A stretch of 64,000 nucleotides of DNA. It comes from Entomortierella parvispora E1425 (lineage: Eukaryota > Fungi > Mortierellomycota). Below, in pieces: positions 13,601-28,805 of the stretch. Each line of letters opens with the position of its first letter. Position 1 is the first letter of the stretch. The translations under genes were made by a program, and so were the position numbers. The notes beneath the pieces are model-generated. The model saw nothing but the letters and a program-made list of their open reading frames with translations. It was not told the DNA's origin and did not search any database. The stretch spans positions 372,001 to 436,000 of the forward strand of contig BQFW01000014.1 in assembly GCA_020891255.1 (NCBI GenBank), given 5' to 3'.

Positions 13601-16600
13601 GCATAGGAGAAAAGGCTGGTCTGAGACAATCCATGCTTGCCTTTGTTGGCTGTGTCCGAGTCCGAAGCAGTCGTTCAACAACAGGTGCATTTATTGTGCA
13701 TGACAGTTAGGCCGGCTTCCCTTGATCACCCCTGCATTCTTCCAACCAGTGCATCTACTGTGGTGCATGCTGCTCGCCCCCGAATTGTCCCATTTCTGCA
13801 GAGTTCGTGTTTGTTAATTGATTTCCTGCAGGTGGAACCGGCGAAGCCATGCACAAGAACTGGATAGTTGTGAGGGACAAGGGAGGAGGAACGTGCTCTT
13901 GAATCTGGTGGAAAAAAAATGCAACAAACATCAGCCGCGCCTGTATTTCCACAAATGACATCGTGAACGTGCGTCGACACACAACTACGCAGTTTGATAG
14001 TTCACAGTGGGGGTTTTTTAATACATCAGCTGGTTCAGCCTCTTCCTTGCTGAATTGCTCATCGACTCTAATAAAAAAGAAAGAAAGAAAAAAGAAAGGA
14101 TCGGAAAAAAGGCTGGGAGACCTGTGGGGAGCGCCAGACCTCTCTGAAAGTGATCGTGACCTTTGTTTCGACCCGCCTGTAAACGATGGCAGGGAGCTCG
14201 CGGAGCAAGGTGATCCAGACCATGGCAAGAAACATTGCCTCTTTTTTTGGGCTCTTGTCTTTTTTCTTTTCTCGGCTGTCTCGCTGCTGATGTTTCTTCC
14301 ACTTTTTTCAGGCACTGTTTTTGTCGCGTGTCTTCCTTTTTTCGACTAATGAATGTGGGCTGTCTGGCGCTTCTTCGTGGGCTGGGGCAACCGCGCTCTT
14401 TTACCCGCTGTCGCTGAATCGCGCAGAGCTCTTGTTTCGAGTTCGGTGTTTGGGGGTTTTTCCCGATCTCCAGTTCCTGATTCGTTGGTAGAGATCGGGT
14501 GTACCAAAATTCTCGAATAAAATTATTAATAATATAAAAAATAGTTTATCTATGCTTTTGTAGCCTGGAAAATTGTCCCGGGAGGACAACCTGCCTAACT
14601 TCAAGCATGTGTTGTTGAAAAAAAAAACTTTGATTCCACTCCCGGTAAGAAAAACTTCTGCTTCTACCCAATGGGGAGCTATAGTCTTCACTTGCTTACT
14701 CCCACTTTTTTCAATCCTTTGATCGATCTACTCAAAGGGTCCAAAGAGCCGAGACCGGCCTGGGTGCAAATGGTGGACCAAAATCATAATTTTTGTGCAA
14801 CCACTCCACTTTTTTTTGCAGTTTTTGCTTTCGCAATCTGACCTTCACTCTGGTTTGTCGAATGAAGAGAGTGGGTGAAAGAAGACCAGACCGAAACAAA
14901 TCCCTCTTTCGTCCTAGTCCATTTTTCTCACGCCTCGTTTGTTGTTGCTGTTCTTGAGTCGTTCATGACTCTAGCTTGTTTTTGTTTTTCTCTTCAACGG
15001 CGTCGTCGCTAATAGAATCAACAGAAAGGAAAAAAAATGAGCGATGTGAACCGATATCAACAATGGCAGGTCCCACGAACAAAAAAAAGGCATGGAAACT
15101 CTGTGTCATAAAATGGTCCAATTGTTCTTGCTTCGGCTCAACTACACCAGAGAAACGCTCTCGGGAAAATAAGGACGGTGGATGCCTGTTTGTGGGAAAG
15201 AAGATCCCAAGACGCACGAGCACGAACGTTTGCCATTTGACCGAACAGTCTTAAAGTTCATTGCCGTTGCCATTGAGCTCTGTTGTTTTATGTCCAGAAA
15301 GTTCGTCCGGACAGGGTCCTTCCAAATGCAACAAAAAAAAATAGGAAACAGGAGGAGCCGGAAACAACATCTCCCTCACACTCTTTGTCCTACCTGGCAA
15401 AAGGTACAAAAGTCCCAGCATTTCCCTGCATGATGCTCAGCTTGCTCTTGAATTTCTATAGGGATTTATATAGCAAAAACTTATTATGACGAAATATAGG
15501 GAGTACAGACTGAAGAATTGAAACGCTTCTTGTTCGTCTCAATTATTTTTCCTTCCCATCCTGTGTGATCGATTGTGACCCAACTCTCTTTTTTTTTCCT
15601 TTCTTGTTTTGTAACCGTGCGTGGAGAGAGGAAAGTAAGCGTCCAATGGGTGGCAGGAGAGGAAAGGGATGAAACTTTCGTAAGCATGTGTCCTACTATT
15701 TTATTCCATGTTATTTTGGCTAATGATACTATACTCTCCAGAACTACGTGTGCACGAGATTCTTGGCCTGCAAGAAGCGCGATCGCTGTTCGACCGTCGA
15801 CGACGCGTATTCTGTAGTCGCCTAGACATGACGCCACCAAGTTGCGACAGGAAGGGGACAATGACGGCTCAAAATTGAAATGTAGGCTGATCGCGCGTCG
15901 ATCCTTTTGTCTTCCACATTTGGGCGACGTTTGGTTTGCTCAGCCGAGATGCACTGCTTCTCAAAGTCCCTCGCCCTATGTGCTGTAGCCTGTGCGGGTC
16001 TGTTTGTGCTATTTTCCAAGTGTCGTGCGTGGACCTTGAGCTCTTGAGGACACTCAAAGGGTCCTCTAAAGCACGCTCTTTATTTACGCTCTCTCATTGT
16101 TGGGCTGGAATGAAGATGGAAGACGTGAATCTTTGTCGGGAAATCTCTTACGAATCAAACCTTCAAGGGCAACAAAAAAATTTAAAAGGCTCGTGGCATG
16201 GAGGGCAGCCGTTGAGTAGTCTCGCTCTTTGTTCGAGATCTCCTCTTCCTTCCCTTTCTCTGTCACCTTTGTTTGCTCGAGGCTTCACTCCCCTTACCCA
16301 TGCAGACACGCTTAGGGTAGAATAGGTCCTTAGGTTGGTCTCATGTCCTTGTCCCTCATGAAGCTCTCAGAGATCATTTGAACTGCCGAAAGATGATGCT
16401 ATGATGGTGGTCAATGGCACATGTTCATATTGCAGTGGACAATAAAGTAGTAAAGTGCATGGACACAAGGAGCAAGGGTCTTCCCTCGTGCGATGGGAAA
16501 ATTCACCTCCCCAGCGTGCGCGTGTGAAAGTATTCCATCTTTTGTAGGAACTTGTAGCGTCTCTGTTGGACACTTAACAGCGTACACATATTTTGAGCAC

Positions 16601-18691
16601 ATCATGACGCACGCCAGTCTTTATGGAATGAAGGCCGAACAAAACAGGGGGCTCCCTCGCCCTCATCCGGGCCCTGTTATCTCTCGATATGTGAAGTTCT
16701 GTACTCTTCTGATCTATGGCTGGGTTGCCTCTCTCAAACCGACCAAGGAGCAAGTAGATTGTGGCGCAAGACGGTACACGGACCCATGATGTCGGGAAAG
16801 GATCTGCTTCGTTCCGACCTAATATTGACCTCTAAAAAAATGGCCTGATCCATGCATTGGAAAAGTAAGCTTGAAAAAAAAATCCTTAGAGAGATCCGAC
16901 ACTGCAGGGCCAGTGAGCGGGGTCAAACTGGTTCGTGCACGCGTGCCTCCCATCTGTTTCTGCCCGCTTCTCTGGGAGAAAAAGAAGAAAAAAACGCGTG
17001 TGGTAGAGGTGCAGAGGCGAAGATCGATGCACGCACATGTGAACTGTGTGACACGTGTGAGAGCAACGAGGCGTTTGCATTTCCAGTCAGTCAGGCTAAT
17101 TTTTTCTTTCCTTCTTTCTTCTTTCCCCTTGACTCGGTGGGCTGCATACTTGTGGAGAAGGGAGATGGCTGAGATGCGAGGGAAGGTGCGCGTGCCTGTG
17201 TCAATGCAACTGTGGTTCTTGCGCGAACGTGCTTGCCGTGGGGATCTCTTTATTTTTATTTATTTTCTCCTTCCCGGCGTAAGGGGGAGACATCTAGGGG
17301 ATGGAGTGGAGTTGACAAACAAGATGCGCGATCAGTGTCCCGAGCACAGATGTGCCCCGAAAATAAGTGTCTTTGAAGGCAAAGAGAGAGGTGGAGCATG
17401 CGCACGTACGGCTGCTTTAAACACGTTTCTCTTCACATGCCACCTGAATAATACAATGTCGAAAAGAAAAAAAAGTGTGGGGGGAGCGTCGTGCACCCAG
17501 TCTTGCCCCCCGCTTCTTCCCTCCTCTTGCTCCTCTGTGAGCATCATTGGGAATCATCATACTTTTGTAGAAAGAATGCATGTACTTTTGACCACACTGA
17601 GTGCGTTCATGGCCTATTACTCAGCTAGCTTGAGTGGAGAGCGGAGAACCGAGGAGCTATCGGAGAGCCTATCGTTCAGAGCTCTTTGCCCATAGTCAAG
17701 TTGCCAATTGTGCCCCATCGAAACAGCTATTGAAGTTCTTGTGGATCAATGTGCACATGGGAGTTGACAATGGCCATTACTTTGTCCTATCGTTCTCTTG
17801 AATCCCGACAGGGGATTGAGGCAAAAAGAGCACCGCCGGAGACAGAGTGACAGCGGAAACAAACAATGAAGGTCTGTGGGCCGCAACTCTGTTTCTCATC
17901 CTCCCCCACAACTGTCTACAAACCATACAGGCGCACGAGAAAGTATCTCTTGCGAGAGCACTTTTGCAGCCCTCATGACAGGCCAGCAGCAGGGCACCGT
18001 AGCCCTTTCTTTTGTATACCATATTGAGAGCCGTGCCATTTATCTTATTACAAGAACAGGAATGAAGAAGAATCAGCGGCATGCTGCATGGATCGTGCTC
18101 TTGCGATTGTTGTTTGTATCCGACAACGCGGGGATCAGACGGCACTTTGGGGGCCGTCTGCGGGAAGCAATAAGCATCAGATCCGAGGCTGATTGATTAA
18201 GAACGGATGGAAGACCATGTCCAGCGCCAGTAGTTTTCTTTCTCCCCCCTTTCGCTCTTCAGCAACGGCCTGTGATCCTCTCTCTTGGTGGATTGATCCT
18301 GCGCGGGCTCGTTGTCGTCCATTATTAAATACATTACGAAGGTGATTCCTCCTCTCCCTCCTCTCCGGTTTGCTGCTATGAATACTGGAGAGTGGCAGAC
18401 GTGTGCCGGTGCAGGGTGCCCGCATGTGTTCTTCTTTACTCAACACGGATCCATTCCTCCACTATTCACGGGAGCGTGGGGGGTGAGGCGGAAGGAAGGA
18501 AAGGAAGGAAAGAAGAAAGACTTTCTACTGGTCGTCATCATGCCTCCCCTGATTCCTCCTTTGTCCCATGCAATGAGGGATCATAAATACTCTCCTTCTT
18601 TCCCTCTCCTGTACTCCTTCCTTTCTTTCCTTTCTTTCTTCTTTGACGTTGTTTGTTTTCTCCCTCTCTGCCACCACTTCTTTTACTTCAC

Positions 18692-20436
18692 ATGTCCAAC
18701 TCCTCTTCCTCCTTTGACCATGGCTCGAGCCGACCTCCTCTGCCCCACCACCACCGTCCACAACAACCCCACCGTGCATCCTCTGGACACATCTCGTACT
18801 CCGAGTCCTCTTCTCTCTCCACTCTTCGTCTCTCTCCTCCACAGCCACCCTTTGCACACCATTCAGGAGATGTGAATCATAACCATCCCGATGATACGCC
18901 AACACAGCAGCGCTCCCCCACAGCATCAGAGTACCATTACCAATACCCACAACAACATCATCATCAACAACACCAGCATCAGCACCATCAACCACTCGAA
19001 CATCACCAGCGGCAACACTATCCACACGCCTCTGAGGCTCCATCGTCGTACGGCCATCGACGCAGCCATTCGTATCACCAATATCAACAACAACCCCAAG
19101 AAGGGCATTCATCCTCTTCAACATCACCGTTGGCACATCCATCGCACTCACACCCTTCTCCCAACTCTTCATTCTACCCGCCTCCTCTATCCCAGCAACA
19201 TCAACAACAGCAACAGCAGCAGATTTACCACCCTCAACAGCAGCACCCTCATTCTACCTTATACCCATTTGAGCATCCACATGAGACCCTGGGTCCTTCT
19301 TCTTTACGTGACCATTCCAGGAGAAGATCTGTTAAAGAAGAAGAATCCCAGGAGAGCTTTTTGGCCTCTGTACAACAATATACAGGAGCAGGAGATAGGA
19401 GAAGGGAACGGATCCGTCAACACTCCTCATCCTCCTCCACATCCACCCATCGTCTTCATTCAAATCATAGCTCCCCAGACTCACCCCCTCGATCACCACC
19501 GTTGCCACCACTGCAACCGCTGACCATCAATATCCACGGATTGAACAACGTTACAATCTCCTCTGCCTCTTCTTCATCTGCTATCCAAACGACGGCCTTG
19601 ACCACAGGCTCTTCGGCATCAACAACAACAACAACAGCATCGACGACCCCCCAACCGGAGTCGACCACAACTCGATCACCCCAGACGCCACCTCGGACAC
19701 CTTCCCCTCGAAAATACTCCGAACATGTTGCTGGAGAGCCCGATAATGATATGAAGCTTCAATTATCACGCTCTTCCACTGGAGGATCTGCAGGGGGAAG
19801 GAGAGGCGGCCCACTCCTGAATCATTCTCATCGTGCAGGACACAAGATCTCGACTCGGGAAGCGGCTTCGTCTTCTTCAACAACACCGACTGGTGCCATT
19901 CCAGGGATAGGTGTGGGTGGTTTATCGACTGCCGCTAGGGGAGGGGGAGGAGGAGGGGGAAGCAACGGTGGTGGACCAGGAGCAGCGCCAGTTGGGCCGA
20001 ACCGTCGGCTGGCCCACATTCTTTCAGAGCAGAAGCGACGGGAAAAGATCAATGGTGGGTTTGACGAACTCAAGAGTGTTATTCCCGAGTAAGTATCTTT
20101 CACCCCTTTCTCCACCTCTCTGCCTGGTTTTCCTTCAATTGAGCCCTGCGAAACGAATATGGAGGGATGGGTGCAAAGTTAACTTGTATTAACCTTCTTC
20201 TTCCTCTCTGGATCTGGATCTGCATTTGCAGATGCGCTCAAAACACAGACTCAAAGGCCACCATCCTGCGTAAGGCTGTCGATTACATCTTGCAGCTCGA
20301 GGACGAGATCCGGAGGTACGCTGATGCCTACCCTCCCCCACCTCTTTTGCCGCCATCTTCCCATTCAATGTATCCTCACCATCGTGGTTCTGCGGGTGCG
20401 CGGGGACAGGCTCCTTTCGACGACAGCGATTCGTAA
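18692..20436 (+). CDS. bHLH transcription factor (E-box type); join(18692..20088,20232..20436)
   Basis: Long H/Q/S-rich region, then NRRLAHILSEQKRREKINGGFDELKSVIPE-CAQNTDSKATILRKAVDYILQLEDEI. The H-E-R residues of the basic region are typical of CACGTG binders. Intron GTAAGT(20089)..GCAG(20231). Confidence 0.9.
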
Positions 20437-20536
20437 CACAACAAAATAAACAAAAAAGATACCCATCCATCTTTCAAGTTTTGAGCCAAAGAGACGCCTT
20501 GTTTTATTATTATGAGGATGATGATAAGGATGAAGG

Positions 20537-23039
<2,503 letters not shown>

Positions 23040-23893
23040 GTTCTCTTTGTGGAGCAGTGCTCCTTGAAGGCAGGTAAAATAGGAAGGAGGAAAAGGAGAG
23101 AGAAGGGCAAGACCACTATCGGTATACAAAAGACAAAGAGGGGAGAGAGGGAGAGAGAAAGGAAGTGGGCGGTTGGAAAAGGCAGCAAGGAAGTGGGAAA
23201 TGGTGGACGAAAGTGCTTGCCAAAGAAGAAAAGAGGAAAGGGAGAGAAAGAGAGCAGTTCCCTTTGCTCACCTGGAAACTCAAGAAGAGCATGGCCCGGA
23301 GGGCAAAGTGAGTTGTGTGGGAGTGAAAAAAAGACTCGCGCACGCCCATTCCCTGTTAGCCGCAGCACTGCCCACCCGTGCTTCCATCCCCTGGAATAGA
23401 GAACAAGAGCAAATGCGGCCCAGAAAAAGTCGACTACAAACCCAAAAACATGACAGAAAACTTGTGCCACGCCGCTTCTGAACATGTTTGCCCATTTGTC
23501 AACAGCCGACCAAAGGTGGCAAAACAAACAATGAACCCTCTCTCCCCTTTCTCTCTTACATCCGCCCACACAACAGATCACGAAATGCGGACGCTGAGCA
23601 AATGACGCGAATTGAAGTCAAGGGGGTGTCAAAGAAAGGAGAAAGAGGCGACTCCAAGACGCGTTTCTTATCACGTGGAGACATATCCCGCTTCATAATG
23701 CCATTGCAAACACATGTCCCTTGAGACGCGCCTTCGAAACGTCTCCTCCCAATCATCTTATAACAAGCATCCAGTTTATGTTCGAACATTTCAGGACGCC
23801 CAAGCAAGCAGGCATCCATCATCCCGATTTATTTTTTGTTTTCCTTCACTCAAAGGTTTAAACATCTTGTAAGTACATCGATTGTCGACATAT

Positions 23894-25148
23894 TTAGTTG
23901 ATGTTCTCAATGTTGAGAGCTATGATAGAAGCATGATTATAAGAAAAAAAAGTTAGAAAAAGCTGGTTTCATAAAAATATCAAGTCCTGTCAGGCCTGCG
24001 TTGGCATCATCTTACTGGGGGGAAGGGACTGCTTCAACTTCTCGGCCTTGGCGGCATCGTTGATGACGAGGGTGTACAAGTAGCGGGAGCAGCGGACCTT
24101 GAACTTGATCTGGCTGCCGTTCTTCTTGATGCGGCCGGCTAAGAGAAATGGTCAAATAGAAGGTCCTTGATAAGTCTCTCTGAACAGTTCACGAATGGGT
24201 TCCCCGAGTTCCTTCCTGCACGTTTGAGCGCATGCCCCATATCCTGTCTCCCACACATCAAGCGCCATAAGCCATTCTGCCAAACATGAACAAAGTAGTC
24301 CATTGCCAGCCTTCTCCTTCAATTGCCGAAGGTCGATCTGCAGTGCTATGTCTCTGTTGAGGAATGATGAGCGACATTGTTCAAGCAGTAGGCGAAAGCG
24401 TAGCTGAAGAACGGGATGCCAAATCGATTCCAAAAGAAAGGTGCAGAGTCTGTAGTCCTGGTGGTGAAGATCCATAGAAACAAAATGCCCACAACAGTGA
24501 TCCAGAAGCGCCCTCAGTCTCCATAACAACAAATGTTGGCTCCTGATCTCCAAGCTTAGGAAAAGGGTGCTCTTCATATAAGTCACTCACACTTGGCGTC
24601 CTTTCTGCGGGCAATCTCGAGGAACTGCTTGATGTCGGTAACTTGCTTAGGCTATGAGCAGAAATGGCAAGGAGGAGACAAAGAAGGTTGTATCCAGTGG
24701 TCAGATGGTGGTCTTTGCAGCACTTCAATCTGTTTCCTGCTGATTCCAAGAATGGGTCCCGGAAAGATGTTGATCACTTCATCCAGATGTTTTCTGATTT
24801 GTAGCAGATGTCTGTTTCTCCCAGTTTTGCCCATAGAACTCCTGAATGATTGGTCCGACAAAAGACGGTGACTTTCGATTGCTATCCTGATGGAGTTGAA
24901 TTGCTGGCAATGGGGAATTGCAGGTTCATCGTAATAAGTGATGCCATGGATCATAGTTTCTGCATGAAATGGACGAAATCTTGTCGATGATGTTTTTTTT
25001 CATCCTGACCCTGTCAAAACTCTCCCCCTGATCCTGATGTCGGTGGTGCGGTGGATGCGGATGTTTGTGGGTCTCCTGAGTGCGCCCATGTTGATCGATG
25101 GATTGATGCTATCCTGGATCCACGGATACACAGATGGAGCAGTACCAT
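23894..25148 (-). CDS. RPL38: 60S ribosomal protein L38 (eL38); exons 25146-25148 (ATG only), 24591-24651, 24016-24138, 23894-23919
   Basis: [83 protein letters not shown] and KLKQSLPP are diagnostic. The ATG-only first exon (ATG followed by GTACTG at 25145) is inferred. Confidence 0.93.
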
Positions 25149-25679
25149 TGCTGAAAATTAAAGACTGAAAGAAGGTCCAATGAATTTCGGTGGCGGCCGA
25201 CTTAAATCTCCAATAATTCACGTGACCAAACGGAGGTGTCGCGTTTTCGATCCGCTCCTGGGCCGCGAAAACTTCCTCGCCAACACCCCACACTCAGTCT
25301 TGTCAGAATACAATTATGACCGCGTCAAGAGAGCCTCATTGATTCCAGATATTTGTCATCAGGATAAGCGTACTCGAACTTGCGGTGAGACAGGGGAAGA
25401 GCGCCTTTGGGTGCCCTTTGGTTTCTGAGTAACTGCCATGCCGCCATCCCCGCATCCAGTGACCTAGGAGCTACATCAAGACCATGATCGCCTTTCCCTT
25501 TGTGACTTCATTGAGAAGAAAAAGAAATGGTGCAAGGTCAAGGTGAAAATTGAAAGAAGATCGAGAGTCGATGCCCTGGGATGTAACGGAATGGAGATAT
25601 GGATAGGCGTCGTACCTGCTTGAGGAAATATGGCAGGCGTCGGTTCTTCAGATCTTGACTGGAATCAAGATCAAGGACA

Positions 25680-25703
25680 GTGCTGTGCTGTGCTGTGCTG
25701 TGC
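25680..25703. repeat. (GTGCT)5 microsatellite
   Basis: Directly visible, in the RPL38/PP2C divergent intergenic region. Confidence 0.8.
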
Positions 25704-26042
25704 GATCTCCTGCAGCAGCGGACGACAAGGGGATATGTAAGGACTTGACCACTTACCGGGGAAAGGAGAGATGAGAATGGAATAAGGGCGGTGACGGCGA
25801 GACGCGTCAGAGGTCAAAAGGTCAAAAAGAGGTCTGCTGCCAGCCAGTCGTCCCACCCAGTCCCGCCCTCTTTTCATTTTCTTGCCTCTTTCCCACTTCC
25901 TCTGCTCCTCCCTCCTTTCCTTCTTCCCCTTCCTTTATTCCTTGCTTGCCTTTTATCCCCTCTGACCCAGACACATGTAAGACCCCCCCTTCCCTTCCTT
26001 CCCTCGCACCTGCTCAACTATTTCCCCAACCATCATCGTCTT

Positions 26043-26082
26043 CATCAGCCACATCAGCCACATCAGCCACATCAGCCACATC
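26043..26082. repeat. (CATCAGCCA)4 tandem repeat upstream of PP2C
   Basis: Four perfect 9-mers are directly visible. Confidence 0.85.
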
Positions 26083-26711
26083 ATCTGGACCTTTAGACTC
26101 TCGACCCGTCTCATTTCCACCCCCAGCAGAAATAAACTTCTCATTACGTTCAACTTGCAGAGCGAGTAAGAAGACATTGCGCACACATGCAGGAGGAGCA
26201 GGAGTGTCGGAGAGAGCAAAGAAGAAGGGAGAGAGAGGACAAGAGAGAGGAAGAAGAGAGAGACACCACAGAGCCAACCTGTGGGACTACATGGCATGGG
26301 CACGCTAAACCTGATCAGGAAGATGCGGATCCGCGTCCAAAAGCAGCGGAGTGCTGGCCAGGATGGAACTCACGGCACACTCGCAGACACGCACTCAAAG
26401 GCAGCACCGAACTGCCCATGGACATGATCATCCACACGAGTCGGCTACGTTACTCATTTCAATCTGTCTCTTCCCATCCCTCTTCCTTGTCTGCATTGTT
26501 TGTCGTCGGTCGTCGGTCGTCCTCTCTCTCCTTTTCGGCTCTCAAGACAAACAAGACAAACCTTGCCCTGTGTCCTTACTTCGACAGACGCGTGCAACTA
26601 AACCGTTGAGAGACGAACCAACCAGATCGCCCTCCTTTCTTTCCTCCCTGCCCTCCACATCACCACTCGACAACTCTCCATCCCCAACAACAAACAAACA
26701 GGAAACACATC

Positions 26712-28600
26712 ATGGGTCAAATACTCTCGTCTCCAATCACCGAGAAGCATTCCTCGTCCGGCCATAATCCACGCCATGCCTATGGTGCCTCTGCGATGCA
26801 GGGATGGCGAGTCAGTATCAAAACGTCGTGTTGCCTATCTTGTGCTTGTCTTTTTTTCTTGTCTCTTTGCTTTGTCTTGTTTTCGTTTTGCTTTTTTTTT
26901 TCTTGTTCTCCTTTACTGCTTGCTGCACACGATCTTCCGTCCCCACAATTGGACAGGCGAATGTCTCATCTGAGCCAAAAAGCCAGCTATGCCAAACCCT
27001 TGACTGTGCCTCCCCCGAAATCCCAATCTCTGTCTCTTTTATTTATTTCAACAAATAGCCATGGAAGATGCGCACACGACACTGCTCGAGCTAGAGGATG
27101 CCAAAGGAACCGCATTCTATGCTGTTTACGATGGACACGGAGGTATGGCGCAATTTGGGGAGAATGGACTCGCTGACCAGTGTGACCTCGGCCCGTGTCC
27201 CTGACACCTTTTTTTTCGCTGTTTTTCTTTCTTCTATTTGTCTAGGTCCAAACATAGCAAAATACAGTGGCGACGGCTTGCATAAGCGGATCGTAGCTGA
27301 CAAGGCCTTTGCCCGTGGCGAATATTCTACAGCCATCAAGCATGGCTTCTTGGAGATGGACCGGGCTCTTCGCCACGGTACTTTTTTGTCATTCTTTTGG
27401 AGCATGATAAAATGAACTGCAGGCGGGAGATCTCTCTTCGAGTGCGAGTTCGTGTTCGTGAGAGCCCTTGGAAAACTAATACCGTTCACTTTTCTCTTGT
27501 CTGCTTATCTTAGATCCCGAATATGGCGAAGATACTTCTGGGTGCACTGCAATTACTGCGACAATCACAGACAAGAATGTGCTCTTTGTGGTAACTATTC
27601 CACACCCCCTTCAACGACACAACGAATCGCGTGTGCAAAGCATTTAACTGACAGTACTTCCTTTCTCCTTATCAGGGCAATGCAGGTGATTCTCGTGCAG
27701 TCCTCGGAAGTGACGGCACCGCTCTTATTATGTCGAGCGATCACAAGCCAGTAAACAGAGGTATGCAGCAATTGCATGCATGTCGATTGCAGCAGATAAT
27801 GGTTAAATCTGAGTTCTAACATTGGTTTTTACTGCGTCACTTTACTAGAGGAGTCAAGAAGAATTGTCGCAGCTGGAGGATTCGTCGAGTCTGGACGTGT
27901 GAATGGCAGCTTAGCCCTCTCACGCGCACTGGGAGACTTTGAATTCAAGACGAACGCCACCTTGGGGCCCGAGGATCAAATTGTTACGGGTGAGTAAATG
28001 AAGGATGGTTGTAAAGGTTGTTGACTTTGATACGGATGCCATGTTTCTCTCGTTCTCATTGACTAACTCAACTTTCTCGTAATAGCTAACCCCATTGTTA
28101 CGCAGCGTCAATTGACAGACGACGACGAGTTCCTTGTTCTGGCCTGTGATGGTAACGATTAACAATGGACAAAAGATCATGGCCCCTCCCCTATCACTGC
28201 AGCTGGAAAGCTGATACTTACTGATGAATTTTCAAACAACGATCTAGGTATTTGGGATTGCATGTCCTCGCAGGAAGTCGTGACCTTTGTTCGCAAAGGC
28301 ATTGCTGACAGGATTCCTTTGGATACACTTTGCGAGATGACGATGGATCATTGTCTGGCGGCAGATAGTGAGGCGACCTACATTGGTTGCGACAACATGA
28401 CCATGATTATCGTGGCGTTCCTGAACGGCAGGACTGTTGAGGAATGGTATGATCACATTGGAGCTCGTGTTTCTGTGAGACTTGGACCTGCGGATCCATC
28501 AGTTGCCCGACCCAATGGTGATGAAGACCCCGAGGTCCTGGCAGAAGACGCTGCTTTGGTGGACCTTCGCGCACAGAGGACTGAGGTGGTGGCTGCTTGA
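26712..28600 (+). CDS. PTC2: Protein phosphatase 2C, Ptc2/Ptc3 type (multi-exon)
   Basis: [12 protein letters not shown] (N-myristoylation start), [77 protein letters not shown] and [10 protein letters not shown] across GT-AG introns. Confidence 0.95.
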
Positions 28601-28805
28601 GCTTCGTGATTATCGTTTAAACAGCGTTTTTGTCCAATATCCTTTCTCTTTTTTTTTTTTTTATTATTCTTATCTTTTTCCCTGTATCCATATCAATATA
28701 CGACGAAACTAATACAAGTACGTAGATCTTGTTTTTTTTATATCTTCAAACCTGTCAACCGACTCAGAGGCCATTATCCCACGTTTATTATTTACAGCTG
28801 AGGGT

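Noticed and set aside
10630-18650. Numerous 60-270 aa ORFs in the large intergenic region, such as 13755-14315 and 16871-17695
   Set aside because: They are rich in homopolymer-derived Phe/Lys runs, have no domain motifs or coherent splice structure, and many start at non-ATG codons.
24139-25145. C/D box snoRNA in the RPL38 introns
   Set aside because: There is no RTGATGA/CTGA pair on the sense strand. The ATGATGA at 24364 is antisense and only about 40 nt from a CTGA.
25946-26711. N-terminal extension or upstream gene for PP2C
   Set aside because: MGQILS is the conserved myristoylated start of Ptc2/3. The upstream ORFs arise from simple repeats and lack a good ATG.
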